A DNA stretch of 64,000 nt from Sedimentisphaerales bacterium (GCA_963708075.1 OY970194.1:4768001-4832000), one strand, 5' to 3'. Counted from the stretch's first letter, positions 1-9,854 are shown. Program-made: numbers and translations. Notes: generated from the letters alone by a model not told the origin.

Positions 1-119
1 CATACATTGCCTTTCCAGTTCGACCATGAGCCTGTTGCACCAAGATAGCCTGTCGGGTCGAGCCTCGCAATGCATTCTCCAGCGGAACCGATCCAGCCAG
101 CCATAGCACATGTGGGAAG

Positions 120-376
120 GGGTGGCACGGGCAAACTGGCTTTGCCCGTGGGGGCTTCAGATGCGCCTGTTCCATCGAGACAGCACCGTCAAACGAGTTG
201 GGTTCGTCCCAAATCCTTGAGATCGAGCCTGTGCAAGCTGCGCAGTCGGGTGGCAGCGTCAAGGCCGAAGGCCTTGGCGATGGCGAATGGGCAAGACCAT
301 CGCCAAGCTGCGCTTGACGCTGCCACCCAAAACTCAACAACTTGGGACGAACCCAACGAGTTTGGCGGTGCCACCC
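120..376. repeat. Nested palindromic (REP/MITE-like) element with GGGTGGC...GCCACCC ends
   Basis: Outer arms gggtggcac (120) and gtgccaccc (to 376). 183-212 pairs with 342-371. Encloses the 248-328 palindrome. Confidence 0.8.
248..328. repeat. Palindromic element family A (gggtggcagcgtcaag...cttgacgctgccaccc)
   Basis: Near-identical arms recur at 18530-18619, 25005-25093 and 48163-48251, with a half copy at 10965-10996. Confidence 0.9.
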
Positions 377-640
377 GAGAAGGAGTTCGCTTGTGTCACT
401 CTACCCGCCCGGGTCCTGTATCTGTCTTCCTCCTAGTGCGGCGAATTGAGTAGAGCGGACGCCATGTCGCAAACGTGCGGGCGTGTCCCTGTCCCCTCAG
501 GAGATACCTGATACGAGGGTCATGTTTCCCCTTAAGCGCATTCCTTACTTGCAAAGACCCGTGCGTCACGTACATACTGGAAGACGGGTGACGCGAGAAG
601 GTCTCGCGGCCGGATTTTTGGCGCCCGCTGGGAAAAGTGT

Positions 641-669
641 TTGCTTGCCGTGGTGCACGGCACTACAAT
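641..669 (+). promoter_or_regulatory. Putative sigma70-type promoter
   Basis: TTGCTT-17 nt-TACAAT, about 50 nt upstream of ATG 720. The spacer is palindromic (tgccgtg-gtg-cacggca). Confidence 0.5.
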
Positions 670-719
670 TTTCTCAGGGACGGTTTGAATTTGTAGTGAG
701 AGACAAGAAAGGATTCGAG

Positions 720-920
720 ATGGCCAGAAAAGATAGAGACATGACAAAGGGGTCCTGGTCGAAGGACGATCTGAAGGAGCTCAAGAGATTGTTCCCCAAT
801 CGCCCGACCGCGGAAGTTGCCGCGGAGCTCGGACGTCCCACGGAGGCCGTGAAGAAGAAGGCGTCCCGAATGGGACTGAAGAAGTCTCCCAGGTACATGA
901 AGTCCCTCGGAAGAATGTAA
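720..920 (+). CDS. Small basic Myb/SANT- or GcrA-N-like helix-turn-helix protein
   Basis: GSWSKDDLKELKRLF...EVAAELGRPTEAVKKKASRMGL pattern; AAAGGA RBS before ATG 720. Confidence 0.65.
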   Translation: MARKDRDMTKGSWSKDDLKELKRLFPNRPTAEVAAELGRPTEAVKKKASRMGLKKSPRYMKSLGRM

Positions 921-1123
921 TCGAAAGAGGTTTCCTGCCCCGCGCTGTCGCATGTTGAACGATGCGCAACGCGGGGCGTGGACAACCTGGCGTCATTCGA
1001 TCTTCACGACATGGGAGGGTATCAGGTTCGGCCGCGCAGGGCCTTCCCTGAGCACGAGCCACCCGGGCGACTGGCCATCACGCTTTCGAATCCGCGATCT
1101 GTGTATCTTTTCGGAATTGGAGT

Positions 1124-2332
1124 ATGACTTCACGAGAGCGTGTGTTGGCAGCGCTGGCGCATCAGCAGTCTGCGCGTGTTCCGGTCGATTTCTCAGGCCA
1201 CCGATCCTCCGGGATCGCCGCTATGGCGTATCCGAAGCTGCGGCAGATCCTCGGCCTGCCCCCGAAGCCCGTCCGCGTGTACGATGTCGTCCAACAGATG
1301 GCTATCGTGGACGAGGATGTGCTCGACCGCTTCGGTGTCGATACCATTGAACTGGGCCGGGGATTTGCGCGGGGGGAGACGGATTGGGTTCCCTGGACGC
1401 TGCCTGACGGTACGGATTGCCTGGTACCCGCCTGGACGCGCATCGAGCGGCAGGAGCGCCGCTGGGTGATCCGGTCCGGCAACGGTACGATCCTTGCCCA
1501 CATGCCCGACGGGGCCTTGTACTTCGAGCAGACCTACTTCCCCATGGCCGCCACAGACGGCCCCAGGACCGTTCGCGAGGCCCTCGACCAAACGATGTGG
1601 ACCGCTATCGCCAGCCCGCCCGGCCCGATTGACATGAAGGCCCTTCACAAGGGCGCGAGGCAACTGCGGGCCAAAACCGACCGGGCGATCATCGGGCTGT
1701 TCGGCGGCAATCTCTTCGAGATCGGCCAGTTCTGCCATCGCAACGACCTGTTCATGATGATGCTCGCCGCCGAGCCTGCGAAGGCCCACGCGTTCCTCGA
1801 TGAGCTCATGGCTATTCACCTGGAACGGCTGGAGCGATTCCTCGCGGCGGTTGGCCGGTACATCGACATCATTCTGTTCGGCGACGACCTGGGCATGCAA
1901 ACCGGCCCGATGATGTCGCCGCGGATGTACTGTGAGTTCTTCAAGCCCCGCCATAAGCTTCTCTGGACCCGCGCCAAAGAGCTGGCCGACGTCAAGGTCA
2001 TGCTCCACTGCTGCGGAGGCGTCCGCGAGCTGATGCCCCACTTGATCGAGGCCGGTCTCGACGCCATCAACCCGGTCCAGATCAGTTGCCGAGGCATGGA
2101 TGCACGCGAGCTCAAGGCCGAATTCGGCAAGGATATCACCTTCTGGGGCGGCGGCTGCGACACGCGCGATATCCTCTCCAGCGCCACGCCCAGGCAGGTG
2201 GCCGAGCACGTCAAGCGGCAGGTCGAGATCCTCCACCCCGGCGGCGGATTCGTCTTCCAGCAGGTGCACAACATCTTAGCCAATGTCCCGCCCGAGAACA
2301 TCGTAGCCATGTTCGACGCGGTGAACGCTTGA
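1124..2332 (+). CDS. Uroporphyrinogen decarboxylase / MtaA-CmuA methyltransferase family protein
   Basis: MTSRERV start, GDDLGMQ, LHCCGG, GLDAINPVQ, GGGFVFQQVHNI motifs. Confidence 0.85.
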   Translation: MTSRERVLAALAHQQSARVPVDFSGHRSSGIAAMAYPKLRQILGLPPKPVRVYDVVQQMAIVDEDVLDRFGVDTIELGRGFARGETDWVPWTLPDGTDCLVPAWTRIERQERRWVIRSGNGTILAHMPDGALYFEQTYFPMAATDGPRTVREALDQTMWTAIASPPGPIDMKALHKGARQLRAKTDRAIIGLFGGNLFEIGQFCHRNDLFMMMLAAEPAKAHAFLDELMAIHLERLERFLAAVGRYIDIILFGDDLGMQTGPMMSPRMYCEFFKPRHKLLWTRAKELADVKVMLHCCGGVRELMPHLIEAGLDAINPVQISCRGMDARELKAEFGKDITFWGGGCDTRDILSSATPRQVAEHVKRQVEILHPGGGFVFQQVHNILANVPPENIVAMFDAVNA

Positions 2333-2357
2333 CTTTTGTGCCTGTTCCCGGTATTCT
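2329..2357 (+). promoter_or_regulatory. Putative sigma70 promoter of trpS operon
   Basis: TTGACT-17 nt-TATTCT, about 60 nt upstream of trpS. Confidence 0.55.
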
Positions 2358-2417
2358 CGCGCTTTTGTAACTTGCCTAAGTTGTTTTGGACTCTGGTTTT
2401 ACTTCCTGGAGGCAGCG

Positions 2418-3389
2418 TTGAGAGTATTGTCGGGCATCCAGCCGTCAGGCCGATTGCATATCGGCAACTATTTCGGGGCCATCCGCCAGCACATGCGAAT
2501 GCAGGCGGAGCATGAATGCTACTACTTCATCGCCGATTACCACGCTCTAACCAGCAATCCGTCGCCCAAGGTGGTGCAGGAATATACGCTTGGCGTGGCG
2601 ATGGACTACATGGCCCTCGGACTCGACACGGAAAAGACCGTGTTCTGGCGACAGTCGGACGTGCCTGAGGTAACGGAACTGACCTGGCTGCTGTCCTGCA
2701 TCACGCCCATGGGCCTGTTGCAGCGATGCGTCAGCTACAAGGATAAGGTAGCGCAGGGGCTCAGCCCCAATCACGGCCTGTTCGCTTATCCTGTCCTGCA
2801 GGCGGCGGACATCCTGATCGTCAAGTCCGACCTCGTGCCCGTCGGGGCAGACCAGAAACAGCATATCGAGGTGACCCGCGACATCGCCATGCGGTTCAAC
2901 AACGCCTACGGCGAGATCTTCAAGATTCCCGCGGACTACATCATCGAGTCGGTGGCCGTGGTGCCGGGCACCGATGGCCGCAAGATGAGCAAGAGCTATG
3001 GCAATACCATCGAGATCTTCGAGCCCGAAAAGAGCGTAAAGAGTAAGGTAATGAAGATCGTGACCGATTCCACGCCGGTCGAGGCGCCCAAGGACCCGGC
3101 CAAGTGCAACGTGTTCGCCCTTCTGCGGCTGTTCGCCTCGCCGGAGGAGTTGGCCGAGTGGGATCGCCGCTACCGCAGCGGCGGCATGGGCTACGGCGAG
3201 GCCAAGAAACGTCTGGCCGAATTGATCGTCGAGTATTTCAAGCCCTATCGGCAGAAGCGTGCCGAGCTTGAGAAGAACCCGGACGCCGTCGATGCCATGC
3301 TCAAGAAAGGGGCCGAGCGGGCCAGAGCCGTGGCTGCGCCGACCCTCTTGGAGGCTCGAAAGGCCATAGGCTTGGGAGAGCGAAGATGA
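2418..3389 (+). CDS. trpS: Tryptophan--tRNA ligase
   Basis: SGIQPSG, HIGN, YPVLQAADIL, VPVGADQKQH, KMSKS motifs. Confidence 0.97.
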   Translation: MRVLSGIQPSGRLHIGNYFGAIRQHMRMQAEHECYYFIADYHALTSNPSPKVVQEYTLGVAMDYMALGLDTEKTVFWRQSDVPEVTELTWLLSCITPMGLLQRCVSYKDKVAQGLSPNHGLFAYPVLQAADILIVKSDLVPVGADQKQHIEVTRDIAMRFNNAYGEIFKIPADYIIESVAVVPGTDGRKMSKSYGNTIEIFEPEKSVKSKVMKIVTDSTPVEAPKDPAKCNVFALLRLFASPEELAEWDRRYRSGGMGYGEAKKRLAELIVEYFKPYRQKRAELEKNPDAVDAMLKKGAERARAVAAPTLLEARKAIGLGERR

Positions 3390-3700
3390 ACGAGAAACTC
3401 GTTACCGTAGCGCGTTTCAGCGATTACATGCAGGCGGAGTTGGCCCGGCAACTGCTCGATAGCCAGGGCATCACGGCGTTCGTCATGGGCCAGAACGTCG
3501 CCTCCGTCTATGGAGGCGTTCCGGCGGCCGTCGATGTCCAGCTTCAGACGCCCGAGAGCCAGGCCGACGAGGCCAAAGAGATCCTCGAAGCCAGCAGGCA
3601 GCAAGGGGAGGAATCGGAGCAGGAGACGGAGGAGGACATGGAACAGGGCTGGGATGGGGGCCTCGAAGACGAGCAGGATGAGGAGCCGGAACAGGAGTAG
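3386..3700 (+). CDS. DUF2007-like (putative signal-transducing) protein with acidic tail
   Basis: LVTVARF...AELARQLLDSQGI pattern; ATGA overlap with trpS. Confidence 0.7.
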   Translation: MNEKLVTVARFSDYMQAELARQLLDSQGITAFVMGQNVASVYGGVPAAVDVQLQTPESQADEAKEILEASRQQGEESEQETEEDMEQGWDGGLEDEQDEEPEQE

Positions 3701-3703
3701 CCA

Positions 3704-4684
3704 GTGGCTGATTACCGCGTCAACCTCGACATATTCGCCGGGCCGTTAGACCTGTTGCTGTACCTCGTCCGCAAGGAAGAGGTGGATATCTACGATATCC
3801 CACTCGCCAAGATCACCGACCAGTATCTGCAATACCTCGAACTGCTCAAGCAGCTCGATATCGACCTGGCGGGCGACTTCCTGGTCATGGCCGCCACGTT
3901 GATGGAGATCAAGTCGGCGATGCTCCTGCCGAGGGCCGATCCGGAGCAGGCGGGCGAGGCGGAAGTGAACGATCCGCGGGCCGAGCTGATCCGCCAGCTC
4001 CTCGAATACAAGAGATTCAAGGACGCCGCGAATCTGCTCGACGCCGCCGCCGAACGGCATCAGGAGCGGCAGGGCCGGCCCACCAACCTCATCGACAAAC
4101 TCGTCCCCGACGCCGAGCCTGAGATCGACATGGATCAGGTCAGCATCTGGGACCTGCTAGAAGCCTTTGACGCGATCTGCAAGGCGACCGGCACGAGCAC
4201 GTACACCGGCCATATCCGGGATGATACCCCCATCGATCTGTACCAGATCGAAGTGCTGCATCGCCTCCAGACGGAAGGCCCGTTGACTTTCGAGCGCATT
4301 TTCGACGCCAAGCCGAATCGCCTGGTGATGGTCGGAGTCTTCCTGGGGATTCTGGAGTTGATTCGCGGCAAGCTCATCTGGGCCGAGCAGGGCGAGAACA
4401 CCTCCCAGATCTACCTGCGGTCCCTGACCGAGGAGCCGGCGGAACAGGCCGTGCAAAGGGCCATCATGGCCGTCGGCGATGTGGAGGCGGAAGCGCCGGC
4501 CCAGGCCGAGACCGCCCAGACGCCTCCCATCCCCATCGTGGAGCTGCCGGCCAAGTCACAGGCAGAGGCTGATGAACAAGAGGACGACGAGGAGATTACA
4601 CAAGAGGAGGACTTCGATACCGAGGAGGCGGCCGGCACAGCCGACGATGATTTGGTGCTTGACGAACCCTTGGGGGAAGGATGA
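3704..4684 (+). CDS. scpA: Segregation and condensation protein A (SMC kleisin)
   Basis: FAGPLDLLLYL, DIYDIPLAKITDQYL, FLVMAATLMEIKS, DPRAELIRQLLEYKRFK. Confidence 0.93.
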   Translation: MADYRVNLDIFAGPLDLLLYLVRKEEVDIYDIPLAKITDQYLQYLELLKQLDIDLAGDFLVMAATLMEIKSAMLLPRADPEQAGEAEVNDPRAELIRQLLEYKRFKDAANLLDAAAERHQERQGRPTNLIDKLVPDAEPEIDMDQVSIWDLLEAFDAICKATGTSTYTGHIRDDTPIDLYQIEVLHRLQTEGPLTFERIFDAKPNRLVMVGVFLGILELIRGKLIWAEQGENTSQIYLRSLTEEPAEQAVQRAIMAVGDVEAEAPAQAETAQTPPIPIVELPAKSQAEADEQEDDEEITQEEDFDTEEAAGTADDDLVLDEPLGEG

Positions 4685-4764
4685 TGGATAATTGATAATG
4701 GATGATTGAAGAAGGGGTCAGCTCCTTGACCCGAATTATCAATCATCAATTATCAATAATCAAT
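4680..4764. repeat. Inverted pair of 7-mer tandem repeats
   Basis: gatgatg-gataatt-gataatg-gatgatt followed by tcaatca-tcaatta-tcaataa-tcaat. Confidence 0.8.
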
Positions 4765-4781
4765 TTCGAAAGGACAATGCC

Positions 4782-5108
4782 ATGTCAGGCAATGTGATTG
4801 AGCTGACGGACGCCGATTTCGATGAGACGGTGCAGAACTCGGAAGTGCCGGTGCTCGTGGATTTCTGGGCCCCGTGGTGCGGCCCGTGCAGGATGATGAC
4901 CCCGATCATCGAGCAGATCGCGACCGAGTACGCGGAGAAGGCGAAGATCTGCAAGGTCAACACGGATGAAAGCCGCAACACCGCCGTGAAGTTCGGCATC
5001 AACGCGATCCCGACGCTCATCCTGTTCAAGGGCGGGCAGGTGCAGAAGAAGTGGGTCGGCGTGACCAGTAAGAAGGACATCAGCGACACGATTAACGGGC
5101 TCCTTTGA
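4782..5108 (+). CDS. trxA: Thioredoxin
   Basis: DFWAPWCGPC active site; 108 aa. Confidence 0.97.
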   Translation: MSGNVIELTDADFDETVQNSEVPVLVDFWAPWCGPCRMMTPIIEQIATEYAEKAKICKVNTDESRNTAVKFGINAIPTLILFKGGQVQKKWVGVTSKKDISDTINGLL

Positions 5109-5109
5109 A

Positions 5110-5965
5110 ATGTCCCACAGAATCACAGGTAAACGTCAAATCGGAGAAGACGTCTTCTGGGCGGAGGTCGAGGCCCCGCTGATTGCGGCGGCTCGCAAGC
5201 CCGGCCAGTTCGTTCTTGTCTGTATCGATAGCAATTATTCCGAGCGCATCCCGCTGACGATCGCCGAGGTGAATCGCGAGAAGGGCACGATCGAGTTGAT
5301 CTGGCAGCGGGTGGGTAAGACCACGACCGAGATGGCGGACATGAAGGAAGGTGATGTGATTGGGAATATCGCCGGGCCCCTCGGCACGCCCACGCACATC
5401 ACGCGTTACGGCACGGTCGTCTGCGTTGGAGGCGGCATCGGCAACGCCCCGCTGCTGCCCATCGCCACCGCGCTCAAGCACGCGGGCAACCGAGTCATCA
5501 GCATCCTCGGGGCCAGGGACAAGACCCGGCTGATTCTCGAAGACCGCTTCGCAAAAGTCAGTGACGAGATGATCGTCTGCACCGACGACGGCTCCTACGC
5601 TCGCAAAGCCCTGGTGACGGAGCCGCTCAAAGAGGTCTGCGGACGCAATCCCAAGCCCGATCATGCGTTCATCATCGGCCCGACGCCGATGATGAAGTTT
5701 TGTTGCGAGGTGACGCGGCAGTTCAGCGTACCGACCGAGGTTCTCGCTGAACACGATCATGGTCGATGGCACGGGCATGTGCGGCGGCTGCCGCGTCGAG
5801 GTGGACGGCAAAGCCAAATTCGTCTGCGTGGACGGCCCCGAATTCGACGGACACAAGGTCAACTTCGACCTCATGATCAAACGGTTGAACGCCTACAAAG
5901 CCCAGGAGCGACAGGCCCACGAGAACTATAAGCAGCACCGCTGCAAATTGGGCCCCGAAAATTGA
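5110..5965 (+). CDS. nfnA: NfnA/SudB-like FAD/NAD-binding 2Fe-2S subunit with an apparent +1 frameshift at ~5741 (possible sequencing error)
   Basis: PGQFV, ERIPLTI, GPLG, GGGIG and TDDGSY in ORF 5110; MVDGTGMCGGCR...CVDGPEFD in ORF 5759. Removing one T restores VSLNTIMVDG. Confidence 0.88.
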
Positions 5966-6047
5966 TGAAGGATGATGGATGATTGATTATTGAGAGAGCG
6001 AGAGCGAATTCCTCTGCAATCATCAATAATCAATCATCGATAATCAA
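5962..6047. repeat. Inverted pair of 7-mer tandem repeats
   Basis: gatgaag-gatgatg-gatgatt-gattatt ... aatcatc-aataatc-aatcatc-gataatc. Confidence 0.8.
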
Positions 6048-7540
6048 TGACTATGACCAATGACGAGAGAAAGAAATTGCTGGGTGACCTGCTGGCAAAG
6101 AAGGACGCCGGCGTGTTGAAAGTCAAGGACCGCATGGCGATCCCGGCGCAGGCGATGCCTGAGCAGGACGCCCAGGCCCGCCGCCGCAACGTGAACGAGG
6201 TGGCTCAGGGCTATACCGAAGAGCAGGCCCGGATCGAGGCGCTGCGATGCCTCCAATGCAAGAATACCCCGTGCATCGAGGGCTGCCCGGTCCGCATCCG
6301 CATCCGCGATTTTGTCGGCGCGATCGCCGAGGGCGACTATCGCAGGGCGCTGCAGATCATCAAGGAGAACTCCCTGCTTCCGGCGGTCTGCGGCCGGGTC
6401 TGTCCCCAGGAGGTTCAGTGCCAGGAGAAATGCACGGTTGGTCTGAGCCTCAAGGACGTGTCCAAGGCCGTTTCCATCGGCCGGCTGGAGCGATTCGTCG
6501 CCGATCTCACTCATGACGGGGATTCCGCGATTCCGCAGGTGGCGCCGCCAACCGGCATGAAAGTAGCGATCATCGGCTCGGGTCCCGGCGGGATTGTCGC
6601 CGCCGCCGACGCGAGAAGAGCCGGGCACGACGTCACCGTCTTCGAGGCCTTCCACAAGCCGGGCGGAGTCATGGTCTACGGCATCCCCGAGTTCCGGCTG
6701 CCCAAGGCCATCGTGCAAAAGGAGATCGAGACCCTTAAGCAGATGGGCATCAAGATCGTCACGAACTTCATCGTCGGCCGAACGAAGACCATCGAGCAAC
6801 TGATGAAAGAGGACGGCTTCGATGCCGTCTATATCGGCGTGGGGGCGGGCCTGCCCAGCTTCATGGACATCGACGGTGAGTCGCTCGTCGGCGTCTATAG
6901 CGCCAACGAATATCTCACCCGGGCCAACCTGATGAAGGCCTATGAATTCGGCGCGGGGGCGGATACGCCCATCGCGATGTCGAAGAGGGTCGCCGTCATC
7001 GGCGGCGGAAATGTCGCCATGGACTCGGCCCGCACCGCCGTGCGACTCGGCGCCGAAAAAGTCTATCTCATCTACCGCCGGACAGAGAAAGAAATGCCCG
7101 CACGCGTGGAGGAAGTCCATCACGCCCAGCAGGAAGGCGTGGAGTTCCACCTGCTGCAAAACCCCAAACGGATCATCGGCGACGACAAGGGCATCGTCAC
7201 GGGGATCGAATGCCTTCGCTACGAGCTTGGCGAACCCGACGCCTCCGGCCGCCGCCGCCCCGTCGCGATCCCCGGCTCGGAGTTCCGGATCGACGTCGAT
7301 ACCGTCATCGTCGCCATCGGCAACCTGGCCAACCCCTTGATCCGCCAGACCACCCCGGGCCTGGAGTTCAACAAGTGGGGCAATATCGTGGTCGATGAGA
7401 ACTGCCGGACCTCGATGGAGGGCATCTTCGCCGGCGGAGACATCGTCCTCGGCGCCGCCACGGTCATCCTCGCCATGGGCCAGGGCCGAATCGCCGCCGC
7501 CGCCATCAACAAGTACCTGGCCGAGAAGAAGAGCAAATAG
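6047..7540 (+). CDS. nfnB: NfnB/SudA (GltD-like NADPH oxidoreductase, 4Fe-4S/FAD)
   Basis: RCLQCK..PC..GCPV, CGRVCPQE.QC, YGIPEFRLPK, GGGNVAMD, GGDIVLGAATVILAMG. Lies directly after nfnA with no gltB nearby. Confidence 0.88.
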   Translation: MTMTNDERKKLLGDLLAKKDAGVLKVKDRMAIPAQAMPEQDAQARRRNVNEVAQGYTEEQARIEALRCLQCKNTPCIEGCPVRIRIRDFVGAIAEGDYRRALQIIKENSLLPAVCGRVCPQEVQCQEKCTVGLSLKDVSKAVSIGRLERFVADLTHDGDSAIPQVAPPTGMKVAIIGSGPGGIVAAADARRAGHDVTVFEAFHKPGGVMVYGIPEFRLPKAIVQKEIETLKQMGIKIVTNFIVGRTKTIEQLMKEDGFDAVYIGVGAGLPSFMDIDGESLVGVYSANEYLTRANLMKAYEFGAGADTPIAMSKRVAVIGGGNVAMDSARTAVRLGAEKVYLIYRRTEKEMPARVEEVHHAQQEGVEFHLLQNPKRIIGDDKGIVTGIECLRYELGEPDASGRRRPVAIPGSEFRIDVDTVIVAIGNLANPLIRQTTPGLEFNKWGNIVVDENCRTSMEGIFAGGDIVLGAATVILAMGQGRIAAAAINKYLAEKKSK

Positions 7541-7571
7541 CGCTGCCCCCGTGCCGCGGCTGAAAGTGACT

Positions 7572-8135
7572 CTAACTAAGCTCAATCTCAAACTCACAAC
7601 TATCTGCCCCTTGGATGATTGACTGCTTCAGTTTCACCTCTACCGGCTTATCGAACGCGGCTTCGAAGAGGGACTTATACCATCCCGCGGAGCAATGGCA
7701 ATAGGTATCGGTCGGGAACGGTTGCTGGGTCTGCTTCACCCGTCCGCAGTAACACCAGTCGTAGCCGCCCACGATCGTGTTGGGGTTTTTCAGTTTCAGC
7801 CTTCCTCCGCCGATGCCTCTTTCATTCAGCCTGGCGAGCAGTTCCTTGACCGATTTCGATTCCTTCATGAACTGCCTGGCGCGTTTCTGCTGTGTAGGAC
7901 CGCAGCATTTCATTCCGCAGGCCTGCATTACCTTTCTCGCCGTGGGTCTACCCGCTTCCTTCTCAAGACGCCGGACAGCATTCTTTATCCATTCGGCTTT
8001 CTGTGCGTAGTCCGATGTCGCATCAAATCGCTCAGTTTCGATGATGACCTTCTCAGATACCGCTGCGCCGGCTTCAGCGTCGATGCAGCGCTTGAACCTG
8101 GTCATCCACCCGCCGAGTCTTTGGGCCTTTGCCAT
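7572..8135 (-). CDS. Cys-rich hypothetical protein (DUF6144/V4R-like)
   Basis: CGMKCC, WCYCG, YCHCSAGWYK..FE...PV.V.L..SI..G...CEF pattern. Confidence 0.6.
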   Translation of the reverse strand: MAKAQRLGGWMTRFKRCIDAEAGAAVSEKVIIETERFDATSDYAQKAEWIKNAVRRLEKEAGRPTARKVMQACGMKCCGPTQQKRARQFMKESKSVKELLARLNERGIGGGRLKLKNPNTIVGGYDWCYCGRVKQTQQPFPTDTYCHCSAGWYKSLFEAAFDKPVEVKLKQSIIQGADSCEFEIELS

Positions 8136-8180
8136 TTACTGTGCCTCCTTCTGAAGACCCACGTATCGATTTGCCACGAA

Positions 8181-9602
8181 CTACTTGGGAAATCCAGGTT
8201 TAATGTAGCGGTCGGCCCAGGCCAGGAAGGTGGGCCAGTTGGGGCCGGTGGTGTGGCCGCCGGCGTGCTGGCGCCAGGCGAGCTCGCCATCCATCAAGCC
8301 GGTCTCCACGGGCGGGAACTCGGTGGCGCCCAGGTCCTTCTTTCCGAGGAGTCTGTATACCGGTCCGGCGGCGACGGCGGCCATGAAGCTGCCCTTCTGG
8401 TCCACCCAGGTGCCTTCCGCGCCCGGACCCGACGACGCGCCGTAGCTGATGAACGTCGGGCGAGGGGCGCACAGGGCGATCAGCTCGTGCGCGTCCACGG
8501 GCAAGTCGCCTGCGTTTTGCGGTCCGCCATACTTGAGCAAGTTGCCGGCCATCCAATGGTACTCCCCGCTTCCTGTGAGATTTTCCACCAGTTCGCCGAA
8601 ATTCCGGCGGTGAAGCTTGGCGCCACCTTCGCCGGAGGAGCCGATGAAACCGATGGCGAAACGCTGGTCATAAGCCATCGCGACAAGCGCGGCCTTGCCG
8701 TAACGGGAGAGACCCTCGATGCCGACCTGCTTGGCGTCCACAGCCTTATCCGTTTCGAGATAATCCAAGGCCCGGCTGGCGCCCCACGCCCAGGCGCGCA
8801 ACGCGCCCCAATCCTCCGGCTTTCGGGGCCGGCCTTTGTTGCACAGGCCGATGATGCCCTGAGTCAGGCCGGCGCCGCTATCCGCTTGAATGCTGTTCGG
8901 GACGATGATGGCATAGCCCCAGCCTTTGGCCAGAACCTGCCGCTGCCAACCTCCGCCGAACCCGCCGGGACCGCCCTTCCGCGCGCCGCCGAAGCCGCCG
9001 GGCCCAAATGAAAAGCCGAACTCCATCATTACGGGGACGGGACCGGTCGCGTTGGCCGGCGTGGTCAGCGTCAGCCGGATGTCCACGGTGATCGCAGGAC
9101 ACGAGGAATTGTCGACGTGGCCCACGAGCTGCTTCGTGATGACCGGCACATTACTGTCGGTTTCTTTGGTCGTCTCAGTCACTTCCCATGTCACCTTCGG
9201 CGTGTCCCCGGGCACTCGGCCATAGACCTCGCGGTCGAAGTCCTCCACGATTTCCGGCCGGCGCCGGTCCCACCACATCTGGGCCGTCGTCACCTTCTGC
9301 CCATTCTTGAGCGTCAGCGGGTCCGGCAGGTTCGGGTAAGGATTGGCCTTGGACTCATCGGTGTTCTGGTAATAGGGCGACTGGCGGTTCATGCCGTCGG
9401 CGCCCCGCCTCAGCGTCTTGATGCCCAATTGATCCATCATGTTCTGATGGTCCTCCTGGGCGGTCATCTTCACAGAACCCGGCGGAGTCCCGCTCTCCGG
9501 CGGTTTCGCCGACTCAGCCCCCCGTGCCGGCGGGCCGGCAACCAGCAGCAGTAGAGCCAATTCAAACGACCAGCGAACCGATCTCATCGCCGTGGTAGAC
9601 AT
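8181..9602 (-). CDS. Secreted CE15 glucuronoyl esterase-like alpha/beta hydrolase
   Basis: Signal peptide; WAWGASRALDYL, GLSRYGK nucleophile motif, SGEGGA, LPVDAHELIAL.APRP, GGH. Confidence 0.85.
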   Translation of the reverse strand: MSTTAMRSVRWSFELALLLLVAGPPARGAESAKPPESGTPPGSVKMTAQEDHQNMMDQLGIKTLRRGADGMNRQSPYYQNTDESKANPYPNLPDPLTLKNGQKVTTAQMWWDRRRPEIVEDFDREVYGRVPGDTPKVTWEVTETTKETDSNVPVITKQLVGHVDNSSCPAITVDIRLTLTTPANATGPVPVMMEFGFSFGPGGFGGARKGGPGGFGGGWQRQVLAKGWGYAIIVPNSIQADSGAGLTQGIIGLCNKGRPRKPEDWGALRAWAWGASRALDYLETDKAVDAKQVGIEGLSRYGKAALVAMAYDQRFAIGFIGSSGEGGAKLHRRNFGELVENLTGSGEYHWMAGNLLKYGGPQNAGDLPVDAHELIALCAPRPTFISYGASSGPGAEGTWVDQKGSFMAAVAAGPVYRLLGKKDLGATEFPPVETGLMDGELAWRQHAGGHTTGPNWPTFLAWADRYIKPGFPK

Positions 9603-9726
9603 AGGGTTCTCCTCGAAATCTGCGCAACGCCGCACCCATTCCGTGCCTCGTCGCTGTCGGCAACAGTATAGCCGCAATCCCAGCAGCGATCAAAGGCCAA
9701 ACCCCTGAAGATAGGTGACGTCGCAT

Positions 9727-9840
9727 GTAGGGTGGGTTCTTAACCCACGCGTCAAGCAACGCCTCGATCAGGCAACTGCGTAGGTCAAGGACCCATCCCA
9801 CGAGCCCCCTCTTGTGTAGGTCGTGCGTCCCCGCACGACA
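9727..9840. repeat. GTAG-type REP cluster
   Basis: gtagggtgggttcttaacccacgc, whose reverse complement is nearly identical at 30898-30922; also gtaggtcgtgcgtccccgcacgac. Confidence 0.7.
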
Positions 9841-9854
9841 GGAGGGCGAGCGCC

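Noticed and set aside
1..16. Possible start of a minus-strand gene (GGAAAGG RBS then ATG at 1-3)
   Set aside because: Only the start codon would be in the window, so it cannot be identified.
70..453. 127-aa ORF
   Set aside because: Translation of nested palindromic repeats; the same peptide appears wherever the repeat occurs.
1124..2332. True hemE
   Set aside because: It has the H-x-C-G zinc-type motif of MtaA/CmuA-like proteins and lacks the HemE MRQAGR motif.
6047..7540. Glutamate synthase small subunit gltD
   Set aside because: No gltB nearby; pairing with an NfnA-like gene favours nfnB.
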